A DNA stretch of 63,437 nt, filler included, from Bigelowiella natans CCMP2755 (taxonomy: Eukaryota; Protista; Cercozoa): the NCBI GenBank assembly GCA_000320545.1. It is 5 parts of 5 records of this genome, joined end to end, with 100 filler letters (N's around TTAATTAATTAA, not from the genome) between each part and the next. Parts side by side here need not be neighbours in the genome. Positions count along the whole stretch, not along the records: positions 10,304 to 32,169 come from ADNK01002023.1; positions 32,270 to 45,347 come from ADNK01002105.1; 3 more parts are not named here. One strand, given 5' to 3'. The stretch's first letter is position 1; each line of letters starts with the position of its first letter. The notes under the pieces were generated by a model. It worked only from the letters and a program-made list of their open reading frames with translations, was not told the origin of the DNA and did not search any database. This document shows positions 13,252 through 34,409 of this stretch, one piece after another. Both the position numbers and the translations under genes were made by a program.

Positions 13252-14280
13252 TAAATATCCCATCGGAAAATGCACCGAAGTCGAGAAGGCAAGGAGAGGG
13301 GGGGGGGGAGGAGAAGATAGCGATTTCCAAAAATCCTGTTGGACTTCGCATTCTCCTTCATCATCGCCGGCGTCACCTTATTGAGCTCTGCTATCTTCTT
13401 CTCCAAAGATGCGCCGTGAGTCTTTTGCTGGAAGTGCTCTGTGTGCACGCGCATCGCCCGGGTTGCGTGGCAAGAATGGACAACAGCGACAACGGTTTTC
13501 AATGATGGCGATGGCGACGGGTTGATTGATTAGCCGAAGAAGGGAAGAACGGTAATGTACCTGCAACTGTAAGTGCTACAGTGATGGCCCCATCCTCCAC
13601 CGCAGCAAGATGCGTCTCCTTCAATCCTTGGAAAACTTTCTGCAACACCGCATGTATTAGGCCACCACTCCGATGTACGCACGCGCCAACTGCTACTATA
13701 CAGAGCCCATGACGACCGCTCATCCGACGCACGTACCTCGGGAGTAGTCATACAGCACAGATCGTTGATCCCGCCTGATGCCATCGATTGTTGGGGGGGG
13801 GGAAGGGTATAGAGGGGGGCGAAGAAGTGATGAAGGAAATTCTGTTTTTTCAGCGGGGCTCGGAGCGCAACTTCTACAGAACTCAAAGCACCGATGGACG
13901 AATGTCTGGCGAGAATCGCTCGCAGGATCATCATCCTCATAGATGCGTATACAATGTAGAGTAATACACTTTCGACTTGGTTCCAATGTGTGTGTGCGTG
14001 TGCGCGTGCGTGTGCGTGTGCGTGTGTATGTGTGTGTATGTGTGTGTGCATTTGTGTTGTGTGCTGTTTGTGCCCGAAGGCTTCAGCTATACCCAAGATG
14101 ATAACAATATCGAATGCCTTGCCTTCCCATCGGTCTGTACTGCCCTTCTTACCTGCAACAAGCAAGCTCATCGAGAGATCGATCGCTGGTGCAAAGAACG
14201 ATGTCTTGCGTAATGCCGTATTACAACCGGCAAAGCTTCTGCTTTCAACCGACTATTACATTCTATCACATACGAGCACA

Positions 14281-14321
<41 letters not shown>

Positions 14322-14824
14322 TCCAATCTTTCTTTGACGGCAGCCGAGTAAAGATCCTTCATGTGGACCTGTTGTCAAGCATCATTGCTGATGGCGGTGA
14401 TTGGGTCACTCACAACAGGCTCTGTTACCGCTTTGAATCCGTTGATTCCTTGATTGTAAACGGTATACTTGACCCCGTCCTTCCTCTCCCTGTGGAAGTC
14501 GGGGTGCAAAAACAAAGATGATGGGGAAAGGGCGGAGACGATGAAAACGAAGGGGGCTAAAAATACTTGAGCAAGTCACCCAGCCGGTGCGAATACGGAT
14601 GGTGTTTGTATCCATTCATGAAGTAGCCTCGAGTTAACGAATCGCCGAGGCAGAGGATAGCCTATTCGTAGGAGGAAAAGGGTGAATCTAAGGCCGCTCA
14701 TTCGTTTGATGTGCTCTAAGGCCGCTCATTCGTTTGATGTGCTCTCTTGTACCACAGTTTTATCCCCGGCCTGGCTCTGTCCTTCCACATCCTTCTTCTC
14801 TTTCGTTGTGGACTTGGATTCCAT
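12386..14824 (-). CDS. SGNH/GDSL hydrolase with C-terminal CaaX box, multi-exon
   Basis: Block I ILCLGDSLTRG (~14650), block II NQGING (~14450), block III IILG-GINDL, block V DDGLHY (~12785). The last exon ends NCICDAARSCKLV*. Confidence 0.9.
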
Positions 14825-15288
14825 GGCTAGGGGCAGCCTCCTTTGCTCACCCGCGGTCGGACCGATTTGGGAGGGGGGCGGGGGCGGCGGCGGCGGCGGC
14901 GAGCTTCCGAGCTGAAGAAGCGGAATTACAGCTTCACTAACAGACTAAACTAGTAAATTTAAATTTGACTGAAAATCCTTGTCGCAGCCAGAAAATGGCA
15001 TTGGTTCTGGAAAAACGGCGACGGTCTAAGACTTATGTCTTAATGATATCTCACGGCCGGCCATTGTGAGTGAGCGAATGAGTTGCGCTTGCAAGCGCAT
15101 GGCTGCTAGGCACCCCCGACTCGCACATGGGGTTCTGGCCCTCCATGTGTGAGCTGGCCACGTGAGAACATCTCTTTCAGTCGCTCGCGACGCCTTTGAA
15201 TCAGGTGCAGCATGCTAACACGCTTCTTTGAAAAAAAGTAATTCCTCTTCCAGGATTGACCTCTTTGAATCAGGTGCTAGCGATCGGC

Positions 15289-18200
15289 ATGCTATGGTTT
15301 CCATCCCTCTGCACACTTCAGCTCGTGTACGTTTTTCTCGCTATGGCCCAGCGAGTCCATGGGGTGGGAACATGTGGGTCACACGTCATCGTCCAAGGAA
15401 ATACTTATTCGACTCCTGATCCGTATGGAACTGAAATTTCTTGTACCTTTACCCTCACGGGAATATCGGGGATCAAATTTGACCGATTCTGGACTGATAC
15501 AGGCTATGACTATCTTCACGTGCAGAAACTAGGCGATGGGGGGTTCAATGAATCATTTAGTGGATCTGAAGTTCCGGCTTCAATTGGCCAGCACGGTGAC
15601 TATAGATTTCAGTGGTATTCTGACAATGCCGTGACATTTTCTGGCTGGTCTTTCACCGTGCTTCCATCGCCATCCTCAACCTGGAGTCCCACATGGTAGA
15701 ATTCGGGATCCTGCTTCGTTTTCTCCGCATTTACACTTCTCCCCACTTTTTATTGGCTAAATGTTTTTCAGGCAAAACGAATATTGTGATGTTCATTTGT
15801 TTCGTTGCTCGTCTTCCATTTTACACCCATTTGCGCATAAGTCAGCCTGTGTATGAGACGTGTTCGATGATCTCTCACATAAAAATGTACCCCCCCTTCA
15901 AGGAGCGAACAAGACCTGCAGCAAAATGAAAAGGAGGGGCTGCGAGAGCTTTGCACAGCACTGGGCGGACCGTCGGCACTTGGTCAAAGATGGGCTGGGC
16001 TCTACAATGCTACTCTATATACCCCTCCTTGCCAGTGGAACGGCCTCAAATGTGAGCATCGACCAACCAATAGTGGAGAAACTTCACCACATATTGTCGG
16101 GATTGTGTTAAACAAGATGGAGCTGACTGGAACGATTCCCAATTCTCTTCCCAGGCTCTTTACATTCCTCCAAAGACTCGATTTGAGTGACAACCTAATC
16201 TCGGGCACGATCCCGGCGGCATTCATATGCGACCCAAATAACCCAAATGGAACGAGCGAAAACTTACTTTATTTTAGCGTTTCCTCCAACCAGCTTTCAG
16301 GGATACTTCCGTCCGACGAGTGTTTGGCGAACCGATCTTCCCAGGCGCAGCTCCAGTATTTCGATGGATCTAACAACCTGCTCTCAGGCACGATCCCGGC
16401 GGCATTCATATGCGATCCAAAGACCCTGGATGCAGTCAGTAATAACATGCTATACTTTAGCATTTCCTCGAACAAGCTTTCGGGGACGCTCCCGTCCAAC
16501 AAGTGTTTGGCGAACCGATCTTCCCAGGCGCAGCTCCAGTATTTCTTGGGATCTAACAACTTGCTCTCAGGCACAATCCCGGCGGCATTCATATGCGATC
16601 CAAATGACCCGGATGGAGCAAGCAAATATATGCAACAATTTAGCGTTTCCTCGAACCAGCTTTCGGGGACGCTTCCGTCCAACAAGTGCTTGGCGAGCCG
16701 ATCTTCTCAGGCGCGGCTCCAGTATTTTTATGGATATAACAACTTGCTCTCAGGCACGATCCCGGCGGGATTCATATGCGATCCAAATGACCCGAATGGA
16801 GCGAGCAAAAATATGCAAGTGTTATACATTGACTCTAACAAGCTTTCGGGGACGCTTCCGTCCGACGACTGTTTGGCGAGCCGATCTTCCCAGGTGGGGC
16901 TCCAGTATTTCTATGGACAAAATAACTCCGTCTCAGGCACGATCCCGGCGGGATTCATATGCGATCCAAATAACCCGAATGGGGCGAGCAAAAATATCAT
17001 GGAGTTTAGCGTTTCCTCCAACCAGCTTTCGGGGACGCTTCCGTCCGACGAGTGTTTGACGAGCCGATCTTCCCAGGCGCAGCTTGATGTCTTTGTAGGC
17101 TCCAACAACCTACTCTCAGGCACGATCCCGGCGGCATTCATATGCGATCCAAAGAACCCGGATGGAGCGAGCAAAAATTTACTATATTTCAGCATTTCCT
17201 CGAACAAGCTTTCGGGGACACTTCCGTCCAACAAGTGTTTGGCGAATCGATCTTCTCAGGCGCGGCTCCAGTATTTCTATGGATATGATAACTTGCTCTC
17301 AGGCACGATCCCGGCGGGATTCATATGCGATCCAAATGACCCGAATGGAGCGATCAGAAATATTCAAGCATTTAGTGTTAGCTCAAACCGGCTCTCAGGT
17401 ACATTGCCGTCAAATAGATGCGTTGCAAGTCGGCACAACAGTAGCAGGTTGAGTCCATTGATCGAGTTTGAAGCTTCGCACAACATCATATCTGGTCAAG
17501 TTCCTAGCAGTCTGTTCGATCTCGGAAGTGAAACGGAACACGGCACATTGTTACTAGCAGGATGCCGACTCTCAGGAGCCATTCCACCTGAATTGCAACA
17601 GGTCACCGCTACGAAGCTAAAGGTCGTTGATTTGAGCCAAAACGATCTTTCTGGGAGCATTCCCGACCTTGTGCTGACTTTCCCCAACCTCACAGTTCTT
17701 TCCTTGTCCTCGAACCGGAACCTAAAAGGACGTCTAGATTCATTTCCCATGGAAAGGCTGCAGTATTTGCTGATAGACGGGACGCATCTGAGTGGTGATT
17801 TGGGTGCTCTAGGGTCCATGACGACACCAAGGAAGATTCATCTTGCAGGAAATCAGTTGAGTGGAACAATTCCGGAAGCGTTGTTCCTCCATTCTAGCTT
17901 GGAGGAGTTAGTTCTTTCGCACAACCGTGTGAGCGGTAGCCTTCCAAACACCATCGGCAGTGCTCGCGGTTTGAGGAAATTGTTGCTAGATACGAACAGA
18001 ATCGATGGTCAGCTTCCTGACACTCTCGCGGACGTGTTGCCCCTGCTTCGAGAAATACGCCTGAATTTGAACGAGATATCATGCGATTTACCAATCGGAT
18101 TGCAACAGGCAGGGGCATTCGATAGCCGAAATGGAACGGGGGGCAGCGAGTCCACACCTGCGACGCAAATCGTTCAGGGAAACATGTTTGGATGCCGTGG

Positions 18201-20278
18201 GATTGAGGCACTTAGCAAGGTAGACGCCTATGGCAAGGCATATCAATGCGGATACAGCGCATACCTCGTCCCTTTCATCGTGTCAGTGGTGATAGTTGCA
18301 CTGATTGCAGGGTTAGGTGCATGCTATGTTTGCCGCGGGGAGTCTAGCAATTGGAAGATTTCATGGAATTGGGTACGGGGAAGAGAACAAGGCCTACTCC
18401 CACGCGCATCGCGCGGAGTGTTCTTTCTCAGTGGAAGCATGGTTGGAATCGGGCTGCTTGCCATTGCTGCTGGAGCTCCCACATACGAGACAGCAAGCTC
18501 GCACTTCGAGTGCCAATATGCAAACAAGATCTCCTTGGCATTTGTGGAGAAATCCCCCGAGTCAGCTTCCCACACCCATTATCCAGTTGAATGGGTAACA
18601 ACCACCTTGCTAGCCCTCTCCATAGGAGGCATGGCGTGGGTCATTACCAAGTCGCGTCCTTCGAGGCTTAATCGCAAAGAAAACGTCGCGCTAAGGTTCA
18701 TTGGCATCGGACTTCCCACATCGCCAAGTGGTCCCTATGCATCTGAGACCAAGCAGTCACTTTCTGCCATTGGGCAAAGCCAATACCAGAAATTAGAAAG
18801 CAATGGTAGTAGCAATGGAGAGCGTACGTCAGCTAGCTGGCAGCGATATCGCACAGCATTCCTAGTGACACGCACTGTGTTGGTTTTGGCTGCGCTTTTG
18901 ATGCTCATTATGTCTACGAGTATAGCTCAAGTGTACGTCGATGTCTCCAGCCGGATATCTTACTCGGTCAAGAACCTCATGCTCTATGCAATCACGGCGA
19001 TACACATCTTATTATCGCTCACGATTTTTGAATTCTGCACCAATGTCATTGTTGGGGATGTCTCCGAGCTGATGAGCGGCCGTCGTGAGGCTAGCGCTAG
19101 TTTCAGTGTAGATCTGTGGTGGAACACAGCATTGAATTCATTGAGCAACATCTTTGCTCCCGCAATTTCGGGGGCATTTGCTTACGATTCATGCTTGCGT
19201 CCGCTACTCATTCCACTGCAATCTGCACCTAAAGTCCATGTGACTACCAATATATGTACGTATGGAACATACGGTTTCACCGACGAGGGAAATAGGTATC
19301 TCATAGACTGTTATGACTATGTAACTCTCAGCACAGGAAATTATCAGCCGAGCTTCAACCTCCGTTCAGACTACTGCACCTCGGCTCTTGTTCGGGTGTT
19401 TGCGCCATTCTTCACCACGCTTGTACTGGAGATGCTTCTTGGACCTATATTCCAGACGTGCGCCTCGTTTGTCTTCTCCCGCCCGAATGCGGTCCTTTTG
19501 TTCGTCTTTGATGCCAATTCCTTTGCCTTATGGCCTGATATTGCGAGAAACGCGGGTCCCCGCAAGCTTGCTCGTGCAACGCAGGAAGTCGTTAAATGGG
19601 CATACTGCTCGCAGATCACGCTGGTGGGGATAACGCTAACCATGGGCATTGCGGCTCCTATTGTTGCTATGGCAGTATCATTTGCCTCGGTTATCCTTGC
19701 TCTATATTATGCGAATCTTATGTCAATTCTTGGGGCAGTGGTAAATGAACGAGAGGAAGAGATGGTCCGTGCTGGAGAAGCACAGGTCATTGTGCGCATG
19801 GTGAAAGTTTTCAGCTCGACATTTCATCGTTTATTTCTTGCCTATCGCATCCACTTAGCCGTGCGAAAAGGCATATTGTTTGGTCTTGTGCAGTGGGAAG
19901 AGAGGGGAGGAAATTTTTCAGAAGGAAGAGAGGGGTGTGTGCATTCATTGCTTGTCCGATTGTTCGCATCTCAGAGCCTGAAACAATCATTCCACTGACC
20001 CACATCTGAATAGACATGCCAAGTGTTTGGGGGTAGGCTCATGTGTGAAGGTGTGACATGACAAGAATCACGTTGTTCACATGTCTGTCCCATGTGTGTG
20101 ACAGGTTGACGGCTCCATCCCATGGACTTCGTTGCTCGTACCAATCACGTGTTCTCTTATATTCTGGGCAGCATTTGGGTGGGCCGGTTTGAATTTTGGG
20201 TGGCCAGCGGCTGCATACCTCATCGTACTTCTCCTGATGATCGCCTCGATGAGCAGTGTAGCACTCAGATATCATTAG
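15289..20278 (+). CDS. Signal peptide + CUB-like domain + LRRNT + plant-type LRRs + about 10-11 TM segments; three exons (15289-15695, 15903-19785, ~20104-20278)
   Basis: Exon 1 has CUB motifs (FDRFWTDTGYDYLHV, FQWYSDNAVTFSGW). Exon 2 has the PCQWNGLKC cap and LxxLxLxxNxLSGxIP repeats followed by hydrophobic helices. The splice phases are compatible. Confidence 0.85.
16201..17420 (+). repeat. Coding tandem repeat: 183-bp unit (61 aa, two LRRs), six full copies plus one partial
   Basis: The TC(A/G)GGCAC(G/A)ATCCCGGCG motif recurs at 16201, 16384, 16567, 16750, 16933, 17116 and 17299. Confidence 0.97.
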
Positions 20279-21702
20279 CAAAGGTTGGCAGTGAGTGCAT
20301 TTCTCACAATCTTTGCAAGTCGTCAAATCATCCATCTGTCTTGCGCGGCACTAGCTTGAGTGGCATGCGCAATCCAAGGTAGCAAGCATCAACGCAATTT
20401 CACTTGTCAGTGAGCAGCCTAGAGAGCGAGATGAATGCTGTGCACAACGTTTTTGTGCATGCGCATCAGACTTTTTCTTGAACTGCGCATGCATGGCTAG
20501 CTAGTTTGCTCATGAGCTAGTGAGACAGCAGATGCGCAGTGATTCCAATCTTTTCAGTGGTCATTCCAATGACCATGCGCGAAGCAACAACTACGTGCAT
20601 GCCAGCATGCATGCAGCGACCAGCCAGGTGTGCACAACAGTGGACAAAGTGACATCACATGCAGCACAAGCATGTGTTACATTGCATCACGTGTCCGCCA
20701 TGATAAGCATCCCTGAGATTTTCCACAGATTCTCTGATTGCATGTCTCAGCAGGTCTAGAGGGGCTGTCCATGTGCACATGTCAATGCCATTGTCATTTT
20801 GAATTTGCATCAACAACGTGCATCAACACATGGGTTCTTTTGTCATGTGTGCATGAGCAACAAGCTTCTTTTGTGCACCTAGCCACGTGTTGCATGATCA
20901 TGTTCGTTGTCACATGTGCTAGCACGTCGTGTCATTGCACCGCCCGCTGGTGGACGTGTGCACTTGCATGATCAGGTCGTGCATGATCCCGCGTGCACTG
21001 CTGTGCAGTTTCAATGGTGTCCTCAATTACGCTGTATGATAGACATGCAAGAACAATTTTTGGTGTTCCATGATGTGCTGGCAATCATGGCGCGTCGAAC
21101 ACGCCACGGCAGTGCGCCTTGCTTGACAGATGCTCGTTTGGATAATAGACACAGCAATACACTATATATATAATATATATTGTGTATTGCATGTCTTGGT
21201 GACACTAGCTTGCCATTTGTTGTTGCTGCAATGATGCCATGTCAGATGGGCTGCAAGCTAAGACAATTGATGAAATGCTGAATCTCACCATGATGTAGAT
21301 GGATGGCTAGATGGGCGCGCAAGCACAAGTTTCGGCCAAAAAATACATGAACGTAGCTTTTGAGCAAATCAAATATCGTTTATAAGATGGACGATAAATT
21401 CTTCAACACCTGCACTGCGTGAATGCTATGACAATCGTCGTCACTCAAGTAGTAGCATTTGTGGATTCCCTTCCATCGGTCGTGCACGAAGTTTCAAAAG
21501 CCGAAACTCACGACACGCCTACCCTGCGTATGTACACGTCGACGTCGTGTACATCACGTGGTAGGGATTTGGGAAACAACACAAGAATGACGAGCACGGC
21601 TCGCACGGGTGGAGGAATACTTCTTGCTGTGAAAGAATAGAGGAGTTATTGAGTTCAGCGACACGAGAAAAATCCTACGCCAGCAAATAACAGCGCATTG
21701 TT

Positions 21703-29454
<7,752 letters not shown>

Positions 29455-30367
29455 TGCTGTCGCCTGCACGGCTGCTCAGACCCAGTCTTCTGCGCCCTGG
29501 TGCCTTGCGATGACGACCCCTTAGTTGTCCCCTGCTTTCCTTTTGTCAAATAGAATTCAATGGCTACAGTCAGTCACCGCCAACTCAGCTCTCCATCATC
29601 ATCAATGCTGTCAGTGTGAGCGCAGCCGCATGACTCCTGCCGGCGCGCGAAAACGCAGGCACGTGGAACAGAGTCCATTAGGTGAAATTTTCGGTTCGAA
29701 AATGGTACAGTTGTGGGAGGGGCATGAAAGATACTAGCGTTAGGGGGGAGCGGGGAGGGGGTGGAAAACCTAGATCCCAAGTGGACGGAAAATGGAGCCC
29801 CCAAGAAGTTAGACGATCAACTGACAAATTAAATTACAAATTAAGTAAAATATATTCTTTTTATTTCTTACGACAACAAGTGGGTGTCTTAATTTTTTAA
29901 ATTTGGGTAATTACAGAAGAATTCCTGTCAAATGACCTCCATACAAAATCTGGGGAATCGTCCTGGAAGTTACTGTCGAATAGTACTCTTGGCCCAGGGC
30001 GTTTCTGGCTCATACGACATCATTTCCATTGTCTTCGCATGAAAACAATTTTCGATTCGCGATAGCGACATCTGACATTCACTGGGCAGAATCGAAAACG
30101 GTGGTTACGGCAAGTATTAATCGTTGTCGCAGATAGTGAATCGCATGTATTTTGAGGAACTGATGGCCAGAACCGAACACCTGCTAGATCAATCTGTTCG
30201 GTCCTGTTCAGGGTGGGATTACGTCTCTTGAAAAGGTGAGGGTCGGGCGGGGGGAAGGGGGGTTGGAGAGGGGCAAAACGACAGTCGAGATTAGTGCTAA
30301 GACGTAATACGTGGTTCGCAGGCTGGCTGCTGCGCGGCGGATCTTGCTCCAACTGTGAAGCATAAGA

Positions 30368-31203
30368 ATGGGGATTACTGTGACAATACTCAACGACACG
30401 AAATATCCGCTCGTGGGGCGGCTCGACGACGGAGTGGATAAAAAGGTTGGGGAAATGCTCCATGAGGATATTGTCTTTCGTGAGATTCTAACACTCCCTG
30501 CCGATTCCACCCATTCTAGGAGATCGCTGCCGTCAAAGTAGATCCGGGGCAGAAATGGTCTCACACCGACGGTATTTACCGACTAAATTATCCGAGAGCC
30601 GGGGGGGGCGGGCTCAGGACGACGGGGGTAGGAACAGTGTAGGGCGGAGGGGGAACGGATTATTTGTTTTTCATCTCCGAATTTGAAATCTTTCACAGAC
30701 GGGATTAATCGTGAAGGCGCCTACACCTTCAGGCTCTGGAAGAATAACAAAGGAAAGGTATTCCTCGAATCCATTTGGTCGTCACATCTCATCTAGCAGC
30801 AGTATCCCTAGCATGTAGCGATTGAAAAGGAAAGCTATATTGACGGAGAAGGGGGGCAACGGATAGGGAATGGCGGCCAGTGTTGATGTCCGCATTTGAT
30901 GCTTTCGTGACATAAAATGAACGTATTCGGGAGCTTCGTCTCGCAGCATAGCCTAGCAACAGCCCATCTTCGCAAAAGTAGGAAATATAACCGATGTTGT
31001 TTTGGCGTAGCAAGCTGCGCCGTTTGACGGACACCCTCTTAGTTTCCCCGGTAGAGCGATCTAGCGTCCTTTCTAAAGTCCAAACCACCCCCTTCTCAGA
31101 AATACACCTTCCACTTCATCGCGCCGTCGTCGCGGGGGGAGAAGCTGATCAAGGGCTCCGAGATCTTAGACAAGAAGAACATCTGTGAGTCAGTAGCGTG
31201 GAG

Positions 31204-31252
<49 letters not shown>

Positions 31253-31616
31253 TATATATATACGCCGAGGAGAGAACCTAATAATAGTCGATAAACATCT
31301 AACTGCTGTCACCGTCGTTTTGTCAATGTTGTATCATATACCCGTTATCCTCCCACCTCCCCCCCCCCCCTCTCCACTGGCCTCGCAACCCCCTCCGACG
31401 TAGCAGCGAGAAACCTATAACTGTTTCTTCTCTTACTCCATCAGCGGGCCTGACGAAGGCTACTCATTCGCTATCGATGGAGGGGCAGATTCACGTTGCG
31501 ACTAAGATCCTGAAGATGTTTACGCATGCACGGGTATTTTCTCGGCGGTAGTTAGTTCTAGTGGCAGTGGTGGTGGTGGTAGTGTCGCTCCTTTTTCTAT
31601 TTTGCGGGATGAAAAC

Positions 31617-31659
<43 letters not shown>

Positions 31660-31729
31660 GCGTGTCTATAACACCGCCGCATGTTCTACCGGTGCGTTTG
31701 AAAGCGTTTTTGCACAGTTTGAGCGCAGA

Positions 31730-31768
<39 letters not shown>

Positions 31769-32169
31769 GTCAGGCGTTAGATCTTAGAATTCCAGCGGAA
31801 GTGATATACGGCGCGAAAGGCCTCGCGTTTATGACGCAAGTGAAGGGCGGTTTTTTCCTGAGTGTAAGGTGCTATTATCTTGTTATTGTTGTTCTTGTTG
31901 TTTAGTCAGCAATACTACTATTGCTATTACTACTAGTAGTAGTTGTTGTTTGGGTAATGTGAGTGCGGTTACGTCAGTCTCTCTCTCTCTCCCTCCCTCT
32001 CTCTCTCACACAAACATTCACATGCACAAATTCGGGATATCGATCTTCTCTGAAATCATGCGCAGCAAAAGCGGCGCGCTCTGCTACTAGATAACCCCTC
32101 AAACAATACACGACAGCGGCGGGCTAGGAATCGTAATTGTGCGAGATTCGGATGGAAACGTAATGAGAA
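30368..32169 (+). CDS. SYLF/Ysc84 (SH3YL1-type) domain protein with an unrecognised N-terminal region; truncated by the gap
   Basis: Spliced exons give MEGQIHVATKILKMFTHAR-ALDLRIPAEVIYGAKGLAFMTQVKGGFFLSVS-GGLGIVIVRDSDG, matching the SYLF start (IP..V...AKGLA..TV.K.GF..S...G.G.V..R..DG). Confidence 0.72.
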
Positions 32170-32269
32170 NNNNNNNNNNNNNNNNNNNNNNNNNNNNNNN
32201 NNNNNNNNNNNNNTTAATTAATTAANNNNNNNNNNNNNNNNNNNNNNNNNNNNNNNNNNNNNNNNNNNN
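32170..32269. other. Assembly gap with TTAATTAATTAA linker
   Basis: 100-nt N/linker block. It must hide the end of the SYLF gene and the start of the next gene. Confidence 0.97.
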
Positions 32270-32330
32270 TTTTCCCTTCCCCCCCCCCCCCCCCCCCCCC
32301 CCTCTCTCTCTCTCTCTCCCTACCTTCCTT

Positions 32331-32366
<36 letters not shown>

Positions 32367-32378
32367 TGCATCTGTCAG

Positions 32379-33176
32379 GGAGTCTCTAATGTTGGCTTTC
32401 AAGTACGACGAATAAGTCTCGGCTCAGGGTTGGTGGAGACATTGGCAGGCAGCGGAGAATCTGTCAGTCGTAGTTCTCGTCCTCCTCATCCTCCTCCTCC
32501 TCTTCCTCGTCGTTGTCATCGTCATTGTCATCGTCGTCGTCGTTATCCGCCCATAAAGTTGAAATGAAATACTCCAAGAAATCTTCATTTTGGGCAGAAA
32601 ACATCTGAGAATCCTTTCAAAACAGCAGATGAAAATTTATACTATTCCTGCAATTTATCGTTGATTGGGAGACTCATTTTGTTACATAAATTTGATGAGA
32701 AATGCAATAAGTTCTTAACATTGTCAACTCCGGGTAAGTCATGAATCGATTTATAATCAGGGATATATTGATGGTCCAGGATCTAATGCTCGGTCAAACA
32801 TAGCAGCTGAATACATAACACTGAAAGATGGCCAATAGAAGCAAAAGCAGAAAGAAGAAATACGCGCGTATTTTAGATTGGGCAGCCACACAAAAACATA
32901 ATGATGATGTGGATGCTACGAGGAATACAGCCTGATGCAATATCCTTGGTGTGGTATTAAGCATCGTCGCCGTCGTTGTCGTTGTTATCTTTACTTCAGA
33001 TTTTTGCTGATGATGGGAATAGCGCTATCACCACTGAATTCGAGCCTTCTCTTCGTCGGCGAGCCGGTAACCATTTAATAGGATCGGTTGAAGAAGAATC
33101 GTCCGGTGATTGTTGATCAAACGAAAATCTCGGTGCAATGTTCTTGCTGACCACCTCCATAGCTCTCAATGTTGTG

Positions 33177-33207
<31 letters not shown>

Positions 33208-33219
33208 ATCTGTGTGTGT

Positions 33220-33284
<65 letters not shown>

Positions 33285-33339
33285 TGGAACGTATAAATGG
33301 AATGTGAAGGAAATCATTGCAAACTGGAATATATATATG

Positions 33340-33380
<41 letters not shown>

Positions 33381-34337
33381 TTCGAAGCCACACCCAATGC
33401 GATCATTATTGTTGAGACAATCTAATAATATTTATGATAACGTCAGCATGGCAGCTATATAAGAGGAATTATCGAGTTACCAGATATCGAGCATTCTATC
33501 TCTCCTTCAAGGACACCTTCTTCGTCTCCTTTCTCCTTATTGGCACCTTCTCTGTCTCCTTCCTCCTCACCATCAACCTCGCCATCATTGAGTCCCACAA
33601 CATCGTTACCTTCAATGGCACCTTCTCTATCTCCTTCCTCCTCACCATCAACCTCGCCATCATTGAGTCCCACAACATCGTTACCTTCAATGGCACCTTC
33701 TCTATCTCCTTCCTCCTCACCATCAACCTCGCCATCATTGAGTCCCACAATATCGTTATCTTCAATAGCACCTTCTCTGTCTCCTTCCTCCTCACCATCA
33801 ACCTCGCCATCATTGAGTCCCACAACATCGTTACCTTCAATAGCACCTTCTCTGTCTCCTTCCTCCTCACCATCAACCTCGCCATCATTGAGTCCCACAA
33901 CATCGTTACCTTCAATGGCACCTTCTCTATCTCCTTCCTCCTCACCATCAACCTCGCCATCATTGAGTCCCACAACATCGTTACCTTCAATAGCACCTTC
34001 TCTATCTCCCTCCTTCACACCATCGTCAAATCCGACTTCGTCTCCTACCCTCAGCGCCGGAAACACGGCAGCTCCATCGCCCATTCCTTTCACAGCGCCA
34101 CAGCTACAAATCACAGCCCCTGAACCACTTGCCCCGAGCTCTTTGGAGTCCTTCATCTACGTCGATGTAGAAATAACAGGTACTACGATGAGAACAAAAC
34201 CAATATAGCTTATTGCGGTTGAGTGGAAGGTGGGAAGCATATTCACGTATGAGAATGTGCGCTCCCTTCACCCTCTTATGCGCTCCAAATCAGAACGCTT
34301 TGGTGTTCTCAGATACATCCACTGACTCTCTCACCTC

Positions 34338-34409
<72 letters not shown>

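Noticed and set aside
14688-14743. Perfect 28-bp tandem duplication in the first intron of the SGNH gene (also an 11-bp x3 repeat near 4395)
   Set aside because: Simple local slippage with no sign of function.
16201-17420. CRISPR-like constant/variable periodicity
   Set aside because: In-frame coding LRR units. The variable parts are homologous to each other rather than unique spacers, and there are no cas genes.
33434-34156. Several long overlapping ORFs on both strands (229, 233 and 166 aa)
   Set aside because: By-products of a 75-bp repeat that lacks stops in those frames. The S/P/T frame fits the receptor gene.
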